64,000 nucleotides of DNA from an uncultured Candidatus Saccharibacteria bacterium (GCA_964456235.1 CAYWDX010000001.1:35074-99073), one strand, 5' to 3'; counted from the stretch's first letter, positions 20,118 through 31,240 are shown. The notes: generated from the sequence alone by a model not told the origin. Made by a program: numbers and translations.

Positions 20118-20855
20118 TTATTTGCCGTGTGTTGCAGCGCTCGCCGCTTCCACGGTTTCCATAAAACGTTCCTCAAGCGGTTTCCCGTGGCAAAATTCTT
20201 TGACTGACCCCGCATAGAGAAGTTTCCCTTCATGGATCACGCCGACTTCGTCGCAGGTTTCTTCAACGTCGTACAAAATATGCGTATTCAAAAATATTTT
20301 TCGCCCCTCTGATTTCAGCTCGCGGATCACCGTTTTCATTTCACGCCGGCCGATAGGATCCAAGCCGTCGAGCGGTTCATCGAGGAATAGATAGTGCGGA
20401 TCATTCACGAGCGCCTGGGCAAAACCGAGCCGCTGGCGCATCCCCTTTGAATAGGTGCGCACTTCCCGATTTTGCGCCTCGTAAATCCCCGTGCGCTTGA
20501 GAAGCGCCTCGTAGTGCGGCGCGCGAGTATGCATGCGGCCCGCAGCGCGGGCGGTGCCATCGAGCTCGTCGCAAAAGCGCAGAAATTCCATGCCCGTCAT
20601 GTGCTCGTAAAAATAAGGCGTCTCGGGCATGTAGCCAATCCGCCGCTTTGATGATTCTGTTGAGGACGGTGCGCCGTCGAGGACCACGCTGCCCGACGTT
20701 GGCGCGAGGAGTCCCACGATCATTTTCATGATCGTGGTTTTGCCCGCGCCGTTCTGGCCAAGGAAACCAAACACCGGCACGTCAACCGTGAGAGAAAAAT
20801 CATCGACGACGTTGCGCCGTTTATAGGTTTTCGTGAGATGCTTGATCTCGAGCAT
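20118..20855 (-). CDS. ABC transporter ATP-binding protein (PilH/XapD-like)
   Basis: GQNGAGKTT, YSKGMRQR and LDEPLDGLDP motifs. Confidence 0.95.
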   Translation of the reverse strand: MLEIKHLTKTYKRRNVVDDFSLTVDVPVFGFLGQNGAGKTTIMKMIVGLLAPTSGSVVLDGAPSSTESSKRRIGYMPETPYFYEHMTGMEFLRFCDELDGTARAAGRMHTRAPHYEALLKRTGIYEAQNREVRTYSKGMRQRLGFAQALVNDPHYLFLDEPLDGLDPIGRREMKTVIRELKSEGRKIFLNTHILYDVEETCDEVGVIHEGKLLYAGSVKEFCHGKPLEERFMETVEAASAATHGK

Positions 20856-20857
20856 CG

Positions 20858-21628
20858 CTAATACTCCGCGGGGACGCTCGCAAATTTCGTTTTCGCGACG
20901 ATCACGTGGTCGAGCACGCTGATGCCCATGATCTTCCCCGCTTCCACGATCTGCTTTGTAATTGCAACGTCCGCATCCGATGGCTTCGCCACGCCCGACG
21001 GGTGGTTGTGCACGAGAATTACGGCCGACGCTGAACGTTCGACCGCCGGTCGAAACACTTCGCGCGGGTGGATGATATTCGCCGTCACGCTCCCTACAGA
21101 AATCAGCTCGTCATGGATGAGCTGGTAATGGCTGTCGAGATACAGCCCGCGCAAGTGTTCTTTCGGAAGCTCGCGCATGTCTTTCACATATTCGTAAACC
21201 TGGCTCGCGGTCCGGAGCACGGGAGGACGCCGGCCGTCTTGGGTTTTAAAGAACCGGCGGCCGAGTTCAAACGTCGCGACAAGCTGGCACGCCTTCACAA
21301 GCGGAATTCCAAGCGACGCCTGAACTTTTTGAGGATCTTTTTGGCTCACAAGCGCATGTTCGCCGTATTCCTTAAGAATTCTTTTCGACATCCCGAGAAC
21401 TCCTTCCTTTTTTGTGCCGGGATTCAAGACAATGGTAATAAGCTCTGCCGCAGAGAGAGCGTCCGGACCATATTTTATCAGCTTCTCCCGCGGTTTTTCT
21501 TCCCGAGGTAAATCCCGCACGCGCAAAACATACTGTTTTTCATTCTTCGTCGCGATTCCCTCGTCTACCACAAAATCATTCGAGGTTTGCAGATACAAGC
21601 CGCCGCGCAAATCGGTTGTCGTGAGCAT
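20858..21628 (-). CDS. radC: RadC/JAB-domain protein
   Basis: PREKL...LSAAEL, HPREVF, HNHPSG...PS.AD and LDHVIV motifs. Alternative start 21655. Confidence 0.93.
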   Translation of the reverse strand: MLTTTDLRGGLYLQTSNDFVVDEGIATKNEKQYVLRVRDLPREEKPREKLIKYGPDALSAAELITIVLNPGTKKEGVLGMSKRILKEYGEHALVSQKDPQKVQASLGIPLVKACQLVATFELGRRFFKTQDGRRPPVLRTASQVYEYVKDMRELPKEHLRGLYLDSHYQLIHDELISVGSVTANIIHPREVFRPAVERSASAVILVHNHPSGVAKPSDADVAITKQIVEAGKIMGISVLDHVIVAKTKFASVPAEY

Positions 21629-21690
21629 TGGTTTTGTTATTTTCTTTCGTTTCATTATAACAGATATTTCTTGCCTGCCGAGCGCCTCCC

Positions 21691-22395
21691 CTATGGGATG
21701 AAGATGACAAAGCGGGCCCCCTCGCCCACCTCGCTTTGGACGTCAATCGTGCCTCCATGGGCATGGATAATTTTGCTCGTGATATGAAGCCCGAGGCCGG
21801 TTCCCGCGGAGGAATCGTTTTTAATGCGGTAGTAGCGATCGAAAATGTATGGTAGATCGGCGGCTGGGATACCGGACCCCGTGTCGCGCACGATAATCTC
21901 GCATCCGGGCGCAATCATTTTGCCAGACAGCGTGATAGCGCCGCCGGCGTCGGTATGTTTGAGTGCGTTGCTGATCAAATTAAAGATGACTTCTTTGAGC
22001 TTGGTCCGGTCGGCCAAAATATTCCCGCGCCCGCTCGCCCACATGAGATGGACGCCGGCATTATCGGCGAGCGACACGCAGTCGTCGTGGACTTCGCGGA
22101 GCAGCTCATCGAGCTGAATCATCTCTTTATTGGGAATTTCATAAGCAAGGTCGAGCCTCGCGGCTCTGAGGAAATCGGCCACAAGCTGGCTCATTTGATC
22201 AGTGGTGGTGCCAACCGCCTTCAGTGCGGCGGCTCGATCGCCGGCCCGTTCGCCAGCTAAAATCTCCCAATTGCTTTTGAGGATCGCGATTGGTGTTTGC
22301 AGCTCGTGGGAAAGACTTATGAAGAATTCTGCCTCTGGCGTGGCGTGATAGAAGCGCGAATAAAATCGGGTAAGGAGTGAAAAAATGGCAGGCAT
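21691..22395 (-). CDS. Histidine kinase lacking a sensor domain (HisKA + HATPase)
   Basis: SHELQTP H-box, NLISNALKH, DTGSGI and GTGLGL motifs. Start uncertain. Confidence 0.85.
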   Translation of the reverse strand: MPAIFSLLTRFYSRFYHATPEAEFFISLSHELQTPIAILKSNWEILAGERAGDRAAALKAVGTTTDQMSQLVADFLRAARLDLAYEIPNKEMIQLDELLREVHDDCVSLADNAGVHLMWASGRGNILADRTKLKEVIFNLISNALKHTDAGGAITLSGKMIAPGCEIIVRDTGSGIPAADLPYIFDRYYRIKNDSSAGTGLGLHITSKIIHAHGGTIDVQSEVGEGARFVIFIP

Positions 22396-22471
22396 GTGAA
22401 TACTCTGCCATACCCGAGTTAAAATCCCGTTAAAAGATTTATTAAGAACCCGCAAGAGTTCTCGTCCTTAC

Positions 22472-23455
22472 CTATTGCCGCGGGGCGATCAGTTTTTTGA
22501 ATTCCTCCACCATTGGGACTTGCTCGGCCTCAACGCCATAGAACTTGGCAGTGTGGTAGGCGATCCAGTCCGCGAGGGTAAGTGCGTTGAAGATTTTATG
22601 GAGCTCGGTTTTCCCCTGGAGAAGAACGATCTCCGACTTGAAGCCGCGGTCGCGATACAATTTTTCGAGAACGCTCATGCGCTTCGTTACGCGCGGATCG
22701 TCCGCGCCGTCTTTTAGGAACACGAAATGGAAATGGCGCGACAAGGGGCCGGTGCGGCCCTTGGCATCGAAGCCGGTCATTTCATTGTGATTCAATTCGG
22801 GGACGACGTTGTAAAACGCCGGGATCTTCCCCGTTTCGTTAAACTTGATCTTCCAGTTAGAGGCGGTCGTGGCGTTCCGGGATGAGGCGTAGATGACCGG
22901 CACCGAATCGTGCAGGCGTTTTGCGAGATCGCGCCCGCGGTGCTCTTCCCGCGCCGGGTGGAACTGGGTCGCCAGCTGCTTTGCCTCTGCAAGCCAGGCC
23001 TTCTCGCCCATCACCGCAAGGTGCGCGAGGAGCGAAAGGCCCGTCGCCATGCGCGGCTGCATGTGGAAATCGGGCATTTGCACGTAGGGCACTTTGAATT
23101 TCTGCGCGAGCGAGATCAACTTGCCACGCGCGGCGATCACCGCGAGTGTCACGTGCTTCGCGCGCGCCGCATGAAAGGCATCGATCGCTTCTTCGGTGTT
23201 GCCAGAATATGAGCTCACAATGACGAGGCGTTCCTTAAGGTCTTTGTCGCGCATCGTGGGCAAACCATAGGCGGCGTGCACGACGATGTCGAGCTCCGGA
23301 TGCCACGCTTTCAAAATGTCGGCCGCCAGATGCGACCCGCCCATGCCAGCCACCAAAAATTTGGTGAATTTTTTCTTCGCCAGCTTGTTTGTGTTTTCTA
23401 CTTTCGGCTCGTATTCAAACTGCCGGGCGTAGTTCTTGATGTCGTCGAGGATCAT
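22472..23455 (-). CDS. Bifunctional phosphoglucose/phosphomannose isomerase
   Basis: GMGGS, SYSGNTEE, QPR, NETGK and PELNHNE motifs. Confidence 0.93.
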   Translation of the reverse strand: MILDDIKNYARQFEYEPKVENTNKLAKKKFTKFLVAGMGGSHLAADILKAWHPELDIVVHAAYGLPTMRDKDLKERLVIVSSYSGNTEEAIDAFHAARAKHVTLAVIAARGKLISLAQKFKVPYVQMPDFHMQPRMATGLSLLAHLAVMGEKAWLAEAKQLATQFHPAREEHRGRDLAKRLHDSVPVIYASSRNATTASNWKIKFNETGKIPAFYNVVPELNHNEMTGFDAKGRTGPLSRHFHFVFLKDGADDPRVTKRMSVLEKLYRDRGFKSEIVLLQGKTELHKIFNALTLADWIAYHTAKFYGVEAEQVPMVEEFKKLIAPRQ

Positions 23456-23475
23456 GAACCATTATTCTACCATTG

Positions 23476-23582
23476 TTGCGGGTATGGGTCAAGAATGCCA
23501 TACTGAATAAAGCGGGCGCAAAGACGCCCGCACCTCAACCTCCGTTGGCCCGCTGGCATGGCTACTGGCGGGCCGTTTTTTT
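23476..23582 (+). ncRNA. Candidate ~70-nt sRNA (promoter, two hairpins, anti-SD linker, U-tract)
   Basis: TTGCGG-N17-CATACT with TGn. Hairpin 23512-23531, linker ACCTCAACCTCC, hairpin 23547-23574, then T7. No + strand gene upstream. Confidence 0.5.
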
Positions 23583-24171
23583 AGAGCTTCACGCCCCACG
23601 CCTCCTCGAGCGCTTTCAAATGTTCTGGCGAGTTTCGATGCAGATATTCCAAGACTTTCCCCCGAACCGGCTTCACCACCAAGCCGTGCCCTTCGGCAAA
23701 AGAAAAAACTTTCTTTTTGGCTGCTTCGATTTCGCTCTTGTCGGAAACCATCATTTCGATCTCGGCGATGGCAAACCCGAAATCAACCGTGTCGAAATCA
23801 ATAATGAAACTCTCGCGCCGGAACTTCTCGCGCGTGGTCGTCATCGTAACAAATGGATGATAACCGTGGGCGGGCAAAATATTTTGCAACGCGCCGCCAC
23901 CTGCAATATTTAATCTTTTTTTAATGTCTAATTCTTGCTCCAATTCTTCATATTGATTCGTTTCCACGTCGCGATTGACTTTGTCGGCAGGAATCTTGAG
24001 TTCAAACCGCCCATCGCGCGAGCGGAGCCACCAATCTTTTTTGGTTAGATCATAGTCGGCGTTGTCGTAGTAAACGTCGGTGAACGTTTTCATGCCAAGC
24101 GGCGTTGCGCCATCGATGAGCGCCGCACGCTCGGCGGCGTTCAGGATAAATTTCTTTTCGACTTCGATCAT
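23581..24171 (-). CDS. CYTH-domain protein
   Basis: IEVEKKF (ExExK), DVYYD, WLRSR and AEIEM motifs. Confidence 0.9.
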   Translation of the reverse strand: MIEVEKKFILNAAERAALIDGATPLGMKTFTDVYYDNADYDLTKKDWWLRSRDGRFELKIPADKVNRDVETNQYEELEQELDIKKRLNIAGGGALQNILPAHGYHPFVTMTTTREKFRRESFIIDFDTVDFGFAIAEIEMMVSDKSEIEAAKKKVFSFAEGHGLVVKPVRGKVLEYLHRNSPEHLKALEEAWGVKL

Positions 24172-25355
24172 GGCATTTTTCTTGCGGCGCCTTTCATTCG
24201 CATCGCCGTCTTTACCTTCTCTCCCGCAATCGCCATCGCGATCTCGCGCGGATTGCGTTTTTCAGCCTCGCTTTTCGAAAGAATCTCGCGGACCGTGCCC
24301 GTCACTTTTTCTTCGACCATGGCGAACATCTCGTCCGGCGTCATTCCTTTGTATTCTGCGTAAGAAGAAATTACGCCGCCGGCGTTGGCTACGATATCTG
24401 GAACTATGGTGATTCCGCGGCGCCACAATTCATCTTCAATTGGTTCGCGCATGGAAATATTCGCGCCTTCGACAATGATGCGAGCCTGAATGCGATCCTT
24501 ATTGCCCTCATTAATCACGTCGGTTACCGCGGCTGGAATTAAAATATCAACCGGCAGGTCGAAGAGCTTATCTTTTTCGAGGCGCTCCGCGCCCGGATAA
24601 TCGGCGACGGATTTGCCGCCTGCTTTAAGATCATGGAGCGTTTTTTCTTCAAGGCCACCCTTGGCATGCGCCGCTCCGCGACTATCAGAGACGGCAACAA
24701 TTTTTGCGCCCCACTCATTGAGAAAGTGGAAAGCGAATGTGCCGACATTGCCGAACCCCTCGATGGCCACTGTTGCGCCACGGAGGGGTATCTTTCGTAT
24801 TTCTGTCGCGATGCGAGCCGCATGCGCGACGCCGAGGCCGGTGCTGCCGAGCTCGTGGGGCAAACCGCACCGCGTCCCACTGCCGTCCGCGCGCGGGATG
24901 CAATAATTCGATGGCTTGCCGGTAGCAGATTCCCAGATGCCGGTCTCCTCCGCAAACCATTGCATTTCTTCCTCGCCGCTGTTCACGTCGGGGCCGGCGA
25001 TATATCTTTCTGGAATGTATTGCTTTAGCGCGCGGGCAAAGGCTTGAACTAAACGTTTCTTTTCTTCCTTTGCAATTCCCTTTTTTGTGACGATCCCCGC
25101 CTTCGCTCCGCCAAAGGGAATATCGGCCAGTGCATTTTTCCACGTCATGGTGCGCGCCAAACGAGCTACCTCATCTTCGGTAACGTCGGGCGTCATGCGG
25201 ATCCCGCCTTTTCCCGGGCCAAGCGCCGTGTTATCGATTACGAGAAAACCGATGAGTCCGGAGTTCGGCTCGTTTATGCGCGTCACTTCTTCCGGACCAA
25301 TGTTGTCTTTTTCAGTCATTGATTGTTGCGATCGCGCCATGATCGCGCAGGTCAT
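24168..25355 (-). CDS. Glu/Leu/Phe/Val dehydrogenase
   Basis: GPGKGGIR, MTWK, GGAKAG, GFGNVG, EGAN and PDIVANAGGV motifs. Start may be 25319. Confidence 0.95.
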   Translation of the reverse strand: MTCAIMARSQQSMTEKDNIGPEEVTRINEPNSGLIGFLVIDNTALGPGKGGIRMTPDVTEDEVARLARTMTWKNALADIPFGGAKAGIVTKKGIAKEEKKRLVQAFARALKQYIPERYIAGPDVNSGEEEMQWFAEETGIWESATGKPSNYCIPRADGSGTRCGLPHELGSTGLGVAHAARIATEIRKIPLRGATVAIEGFGNVGTFAFHFLNEWGAKIVAVSDSRGAAHAKGGLEEKTLHDLKAGGKSVADYPGAERLEKDKLFDLPVDILIPAAVTDVINEGNKDRIQARIIVEGANISMREPIEDELWRRGITIVPDIVANAGGVISSYAEYKGMTPDEMFAMVEEKVTGTVREILSKSEAEKRNPREIAMAIAGEKVKTAMRMKGAARKMP

Positions 25356-25388
25356 TCCATTTTAGGATAATTTTAATCTTCCTCATAC

Positions 25389-25443
25389 TTGACAAAATCT
25401 TCTGCCATGCTATAATGGACTTAGAAACTTAACCGGAGGTGAT
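25389..25443 (+). promoter_or_regulatory. Consensus promoter and SD of the 25446 cassette
   Basis: TTGACA-N16-TATAAT with TGn, and GGAGGTGAT before the GTG start. Confidence 0.8.
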
Positions 25444-25445
25444 CG

Positions 25446-25757
25446 GTGAAGAAAGAGGAGATGGTAGACATCGCCTTTCTCTCATTCGTGGATGAGTACG
25501 AGAAGCAGAAGAACGAGGTCCGGGAAGGCACTCGGAAAGCAACTGACTGGCATGGGGCGATGAACGTCGCCATGGGGAAGCTCGGCTACATCCCTGAAGG
25601 CAGACTCTATCGGGAGATCTATCGCGCAGTCGCGAAGAGGTCTAGCGAGAGAGCCCAGGTTACCCTAGCGGCCCAGCGCAAAAAAGGCGCGCAGGCCAGC
25701 CAGGATTCGTCGGATGCGTTCCGGCGGCGCCCAGTGCAGGCACAACTACCCTTCTGA
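25446..25757 (+). CDS. Orphan 103-aa protein ending in QAQLPF (SD-led cassette)
   Basis: ORF bounded by a consensus promoter, an SD and a terminator. Confidence 0.75.
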   Translation: MKKEEMVDIAFLSFVDEYEKQKNEVREGTRKATDWHGAMNVAMGKLGYIPEGRLYREIYRAVAKRSSERAQVTLAAQRKKGAQASQDSSDAFRRRPVQAQLPF

Positions 25758-25790
25758 CCATTCTCTCTGACGAGCAATGCAATTCCATAA

Positions 25791-25821
25791 CCCACCCGAA
25801 CACGGGTGGGATTCTTTTTTT
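25791..25821 (+). terminator. Intrinsic terminator
   Basis: CCCACCCG-AACA-CGGGTGGG followed by ATTCTTTTTTT. Confidence 0.85.
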
Positions 25822-25846
25822 ATCGGCGCCTGCGGTGCGGTCTAAG

Positions 25847-26314
25847 CTACGGGGCGCTGCCGAATCTCACCGACACTCGGAGTTCGCCTGCATTCTGCGG
25901 CAGTCCGGAGGGATTATCTTTTTCAAACACGACGGCGCCCGTCGCATAGCGCGGCGTGCGGAAAGAAATCGTTGCGGCGAATGGAACCGTGCCGGTCGTC
26001 ATCCATGCGCCAGATCCGCCTTCGGCAGTCGCGTGGCCTTGGCCGATGATAGTCCCGTCCGCATCCAAAATTTTGATTGGGAAAGACGCCTCAAAGAACC
26101 ATCCTCCGCCGGTAACTGATCCGGCGAGCGTGACCGGCGAGGAGATGACGGCCCCCGCGGCCGGGGCGGTCACCGTAAGGTGCCTATCGGCCGATACAAT
26201 CGGTGCTGACCCAGAAGTGGTCGGGCCTTTTACTGATGGGACGAAAATCAAGACGCCCAAAAGAATAAGGATGATAACCGCAAGGGCGATGACGATGGTG
26301 CGCGCGATTTTCAT
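25847..26314 (-). CDS. Membrane-anchored Gmad2-type Ig-like domain protein
   Basis: N-terminal TM, ISSPVTLAG...WFFEASFP, WMTTGTVPF and KDNPSGLP motifs. Confidence 0.8.
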   Translation of the reverse strand: MKIARTIVIALAVIILILLGVLIFVPSVKGPTTSGSAPIVSADRHLTVTAPAAGAVISSPVTLAGSVTGGGWFFEASFPIKILDADGTIIGQGHATAEGGSGAWMTTGTVPFAATISFRTPRYATGAVVFEKDNPSGLPQNAGELRVSVRFGSAP

Positions 26315-26353
26315 ATTTTTTTAATTAAAATTTTATAAAAGTGCCGCTTTTTC

Positions 26354-26620
26354 TCAAAACGCGCCTTCCTGTTTAAGAATTTTTAATTTCGCGGCGCGGC
26401 CGCGCGCATAGCCGCCCGGATCGCCATCCGACCGCACCACACGATGGCACGGCACGCGCTTCGTATCCGGATTGTTATGCATGATATTCCCAACCGCCCG
26501 GTAGGCGTGCGGACTCCCCGCTCGGCGCGCTACTTCTCGGTAGGTAAGCGTTTTCCCGCGCGGAATCTTTGCCACCACGTCGTAGACTTTTTCGGTGAAG
26601 GATTTTTGAATCGTGGCCAT
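26354..26620 (-). CDS. MGMT/O6-alkylguanine DNA-binding family protein
   Basis: IPRGKTLTY, RAVG and PCHRVV motifs. Confidence 0.9.
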   Translation of the reverse strand: MATIQKSFTEKVYDVVAKIPRGKTLTYREVARRAGSPHAYRAVGNIMHNNPDTKRVPCHRVVRSDGDPGGYARGRAAKLKILKQEGAF

Positions 26621-26651
26621 AGGGAAACTTGATTAAAATTTAATGCGCGGA

Positions 26652-26903
26652 TTATTTTCCGGCCTCCTCTATTAAGCACCGGACCTCATTGCCGGAACGG
26701 ACTTCCAAAAATCCGGAACTCACCGGAATGTAGTTGGCTTTGCCCGCGTCATCAATAATCTTCATCGTGCCTGCGCGCAAAATAGAAATGAGCGGGCGGT
26801 GATGATTGAGCACGGTGATCTCGCCCATCGCGGTATTGCAATTTACTTCGCGGGCTTCGCCCCGGAACAAAACTTTTTGCAATGAGTAGATGCCGACGGT
26901 CAT
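26652..26903 (-). CDS. atpC: ATP synthase F1 epsilon (N-terminal domain only)
   Basis: GEITVLNHHRPLIS...VSSGFLEV, located after atpD. Confidence 0.9.
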   Translation of the reverse strand: MTVGIYSLQKVLFRGEAREVNCNTAMGEITVLNHHRPLISILRAGTMKIIDDAGKANYIPVSSGFLEVRSGNEVRCLIEEAGK

Positions 26904-26927
26904 GGTTATAAATCGCGCGGGACGAAA

Positions 26928-28319
<1,392 letters not shown>

Positions 28320-28331
28320 TTAATTAAAAAA

Positions 28332-29267
28332 TTATGAAAGCGCCTGGGCGCCTGACGTCACCTCGATCAGTTCGCGCGTGATCGCCGCCTGGCGCGATTT
28401 ATTGTACTCGACCGTGAGTCCCTCGGAAAGTTCTGACGCGTTGTCCGAGGCATTTTTCATCGCCACGCGCCGCGCCGAATGTTCAGAGGCGTTTGCTTCA
28501 AGAATGGCATGATAGAGACGCGTCCTCAAAAGTTGCGGCGCGAGCTCTTCGAGCACCTCCTGCGCCGACGGCTCGATGAGGCAGTCGCGCTCCCCGACCT
28601 CGAAAAATGATTCTGATTTTACATATTCGGAATACCGGCCGGCGCGCGGAATCGTTTCCTCAATCGTTTGTTTGATTGCGCCGTAGGTCACCGGCAAAAA
28701 TTCGCGGGCGACCGCATCTTGCCGAAGCGCCGTCACGAAGAGCGTGTAGAATACCATCACGCTATCGAAATCGCCGCGGACATATCCGTTCACCAAAAAA
28801 TTGGCAATCGGTTCCACTTCAGCACGCTCGGTGTAGTCGCCCACGCGGGTAAAACTCGTCACGACAGGCAACTTTTTTCGCTCCAGATAACTCTTTGCTT
28901 TTTGGCCGATGGCCACGTAAACGTTTGCTGGGTCGCGCATATTAATGTGGTGCTCTGCAACGAACGACTCGAATTTTCGAATCACCGCGCCATTGAACGA
29001 ACCGGCCAATCCCCGATCCGACGTCACGAGCACATGCAGCGTCTTTGCCACCGGGCGTGAGTGCATGATCGCGGGCATCGGCACGTTTGCGAGCTCCGAA
29101 AGGATTCCGAGAAGCTCAAGCGCGGCGTAGGAATAAGGGCGCGAGGCGAGCGCGAGCTCTTGGCTCCGCCGCATCTTGGTCGCCGCGACGAGCTCCATCG
29201 CCTTCGTGATCTGCCCGATATTTTGGACGCTCTTCATGCGCCGCTTGAGATTTTGCACTGATTCCAT
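28332..29267 (-). CDS. atpG: ATP synthase F1 gamma
   Basis: ITKAMELVAA, SDRGLAG and RQAAITRE motifs. Confidence 0.98.
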   Translation of the reverse strand: MESVQNLKRRMKSVQNIGQITKAMELVAATKMRRSQELALASRPYSYAALELLGILSELANVPMPAIMHSRPVAKTLHVLVTSDRGLAGSFNGAVIRKFESFVAEHHINMRDPANVYVAIGQKAKSYLERKKLPVVTSFTRVGDYTERAEVEPIANFLVNGYVRGDFDSVMVFYTLFVTALRQDAVAREFLPVTYGAIKQTIEETIPRAGRYSEYVKSESFFEVGERDCLIEPSAQEVLEELAPQLLRTRLYHAILEANASEHSARRVAMKNASDNASELSEGLTVEYNKSRQAAITRELIEVTSGAQALS

Positions 29268-29268
29268 G

Positions 29269-30807
29269 TTATTTTGTTGGCGTGGGCGCCAGGAATTTAT
29301 GGATCGCCTCTTTTAATTTGGTTTCGGTCGTCTCCGGGAAGTCGCCGGATTCGCGGATGGGTTTCAGAATGTCGCCCGCGTGAAGCTTCTGCAAATATTC
29401 GCGCAAGCCATTTTCGGTTTTCTTGATGTCCTCGACCGCGATGTTCCCAAAATAATTATTGAGCACCGCGTAGAACACGCAGACCTGCTCTTCAAACGGG
29501 ATCGGAGCGAGGTCGTCCTGTTTTAATACTTCGTTAATCTTTTGTCCCTGCAAGATGCGCGCGCGCGTCGCTTCGTCCACGTCGGTCGCGAATTGCGCGA
29601 AGGCCTGGAGCTCGCGGAACTGGGCGTGGGCGAGGCGCAGTTTGCCCGCTACTTTCTTCATGGCTTTGGTTTGCGCGGCCGAGCCCACGCGCGAAACCGA
29701 AATGCCGACGTTCAACGCCGGGCGCAGGCCTTGGTAGAAGAGATCGCTTTCGAGATAGATCTGGCCGTCCGTGATCGAAATGATGTTGGTTGGAATGTAT
29801 GCGGTCACGTCGCCGAGTTGCGTTTCGACAATCGGGAGCGCGGTCAACGACCCGCCGCCTTTTTCTTTCGAGAGTTTTGCCGCTCGCTCCAAGAGACGCG
29901 AGTGCAAATAGAAGATGTCGCCCGGGTATGCCTCGCGGCCCGGCGGACGCCGGAGCAAAAGCGAAATCTGGCGGTATGCCCAGGCGTGCTTCGAAAGGTC
30001 GTCATAAATCACGAGGGCATCCTGCCCTTTGTCCCGGAAATACTCGCCGATCGCGCAGCCGGCGTATGGCGCGAGGTACCAGAGCGCGGCGGGCGATGAA
30101 GCGGACGCCGAGACGATGATGCTGTATTTGAGCGCGTCATATTTTTTGAGCGTCTCCGCGATCTTCACGATCTTCGATTCTTTTTGCCCGATCGCCACAT
30201 AAATGCAAATCGGCGTACGGCGTGACGCATCTTTTAATTGGCTCAGGATCGTGTCGAGGACGATTGCCGTTTTCCCCGTTTGGCGGTCGCCGATGATGAG
30301 CTCGCGCTGGCCGCGGCCGATCGGAATCATCGAGTCGATCGCTTTCACTCCCGTGTGCACCGGCGTGTTCACCGATTCGCGCTCCAAGACGGATGGGGCG
30401 CGGGCTTCGAGCGGATTGCGCACCGGCGCGGTTCCTGTTTTAAAAACTGACCCTTTACCGTCTTGCGGATTGCCGAGCGGATCAATCACGCGCCCGATGA
30501 GCTCCTCGCCCACGTCGATCGAGAGCACCTCGTTCGTGCGCTTCACCGTGTTGCCGACTTCGATCGCGAGGAAGTCGTCCAGCACAAGCGCGCCGATGGA
30601 TTCTTCTTCCAAACTCAAGGCGAGTGCCTTGCGCGGACCGTGCGAGGTTTCAATCATTAAAATTTCCTGGCTCACGGCATTGCGGAGGCCCAAAATTTTC
30701 ACAATGCCGTCGCCCACTTCAAGCACGCGGCCGACCTCGGCCCATGCGGCCTTGTCTTTATATCCTTCGATCTCGCGTTTTAATTTTTCGATAATTTCGT
30801 ATGCCAC
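29269..30807 (-). CDS. atpA: ATP synthase F1 alpha
   Basis: GDRQTGKT and [12 protein letters not shown] motifs. Confidence 0.99.
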   Translation of the reverse strand: MAYEIIEKLKREIEGYKDKAAWAEVGRVLEVGDGIVKILGLRNAVSQEILMIETSHGPRKALALSLEEESIGALVLDDFLAIEVGNTVKRTNEVLSIDVGEELIGRVIDPLGNPQDGKGSVFKTGTAPVRNPLEARAPSVLERESVNTPVHTGVKAIDSMIPIGRGQRELIIGDRQTGKTAIVLDTILSQLKDASRRTPICIYVAIGQKESKIVKIAETLKKYDALKYSIIVSASASSPAALWYLAPYAGCAIGEYFRDKGQDALVIYDDLSKHAWAYRQISLLLRRPPGREAYPGDIFYLHSRLLERAAKLSKEKGGGSLTALPIVETQLGDVTAYIPTNIISITDGQIYLESDLFYQGLRPALNVGISVSRVGSAAQTKAMKKVAGKLRLAHAQFRELQAFAQFATDVDEATRARILQGQKINEVLKQDDLAPIPFEEQVCVFYAVLNNYFGNIAVEDIKKTENGLREYLQKLHAGDILKPIRESGDFPETTETKLKEAIHKFLAPTPTK

Positions 30808-30824
30808 GGTGCTTTTAATGAAAA

Positions 30825-31208
30825 TTATTCCCCTTCTCCAAAAATATGGTCGAGTTTTTGCTTGAGGGTCCCGTCGAACATGGTTTCGTCATTCACGAGG
30901 ACCCGCACGCCCGCGACGATTTCAGGGACGATCCGCTCTTGCACCACATCGCCCGATTTCACGAACGAATCCAGCATTTTCTTTTGCTTCGCGGTGAGCG
31001 GCCGCGCGCTTTCCACGACCACCTTTCGGATTCCCTCGGCCCCGCGCGCGAAGCGCGCGGCTTCTTCTATTATTTTCTGGGCATGGACTTCGTCGCCGTT
31101 TTTCTGGAGGAGCGCAAAGAATTGTTTTGCAATCTTCCCCGCATCCGCCTGCGGATCGGTGATCGCTTCAGACAGTGCCTTTGCATAAATGTTTGCTGGG
31201 TATCTCAT
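30825..31208 (-). CDS. atpH: ATP synthase F1 delta (short)
   Basis: YAKAL, ESARPL and PEIVAGV...DGTL motifs, in operon position. Confidence 0.85.
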   Translation of the reverse strand: MRYPANIYAKALSEAITDPQADAGKIAKQFFALLQKNGDEVHAQKIIEEAARFARGAEGIRKVVVESARPLTAKQKKMLDSFVKSGDVVQERIVPEIVAGVRVLVNDETMFDGTLKQKLDHIFGEGE

Positions 31209-31240
31209 GTCGGATATCTCGTGCCGTCACGCATTGGTCT

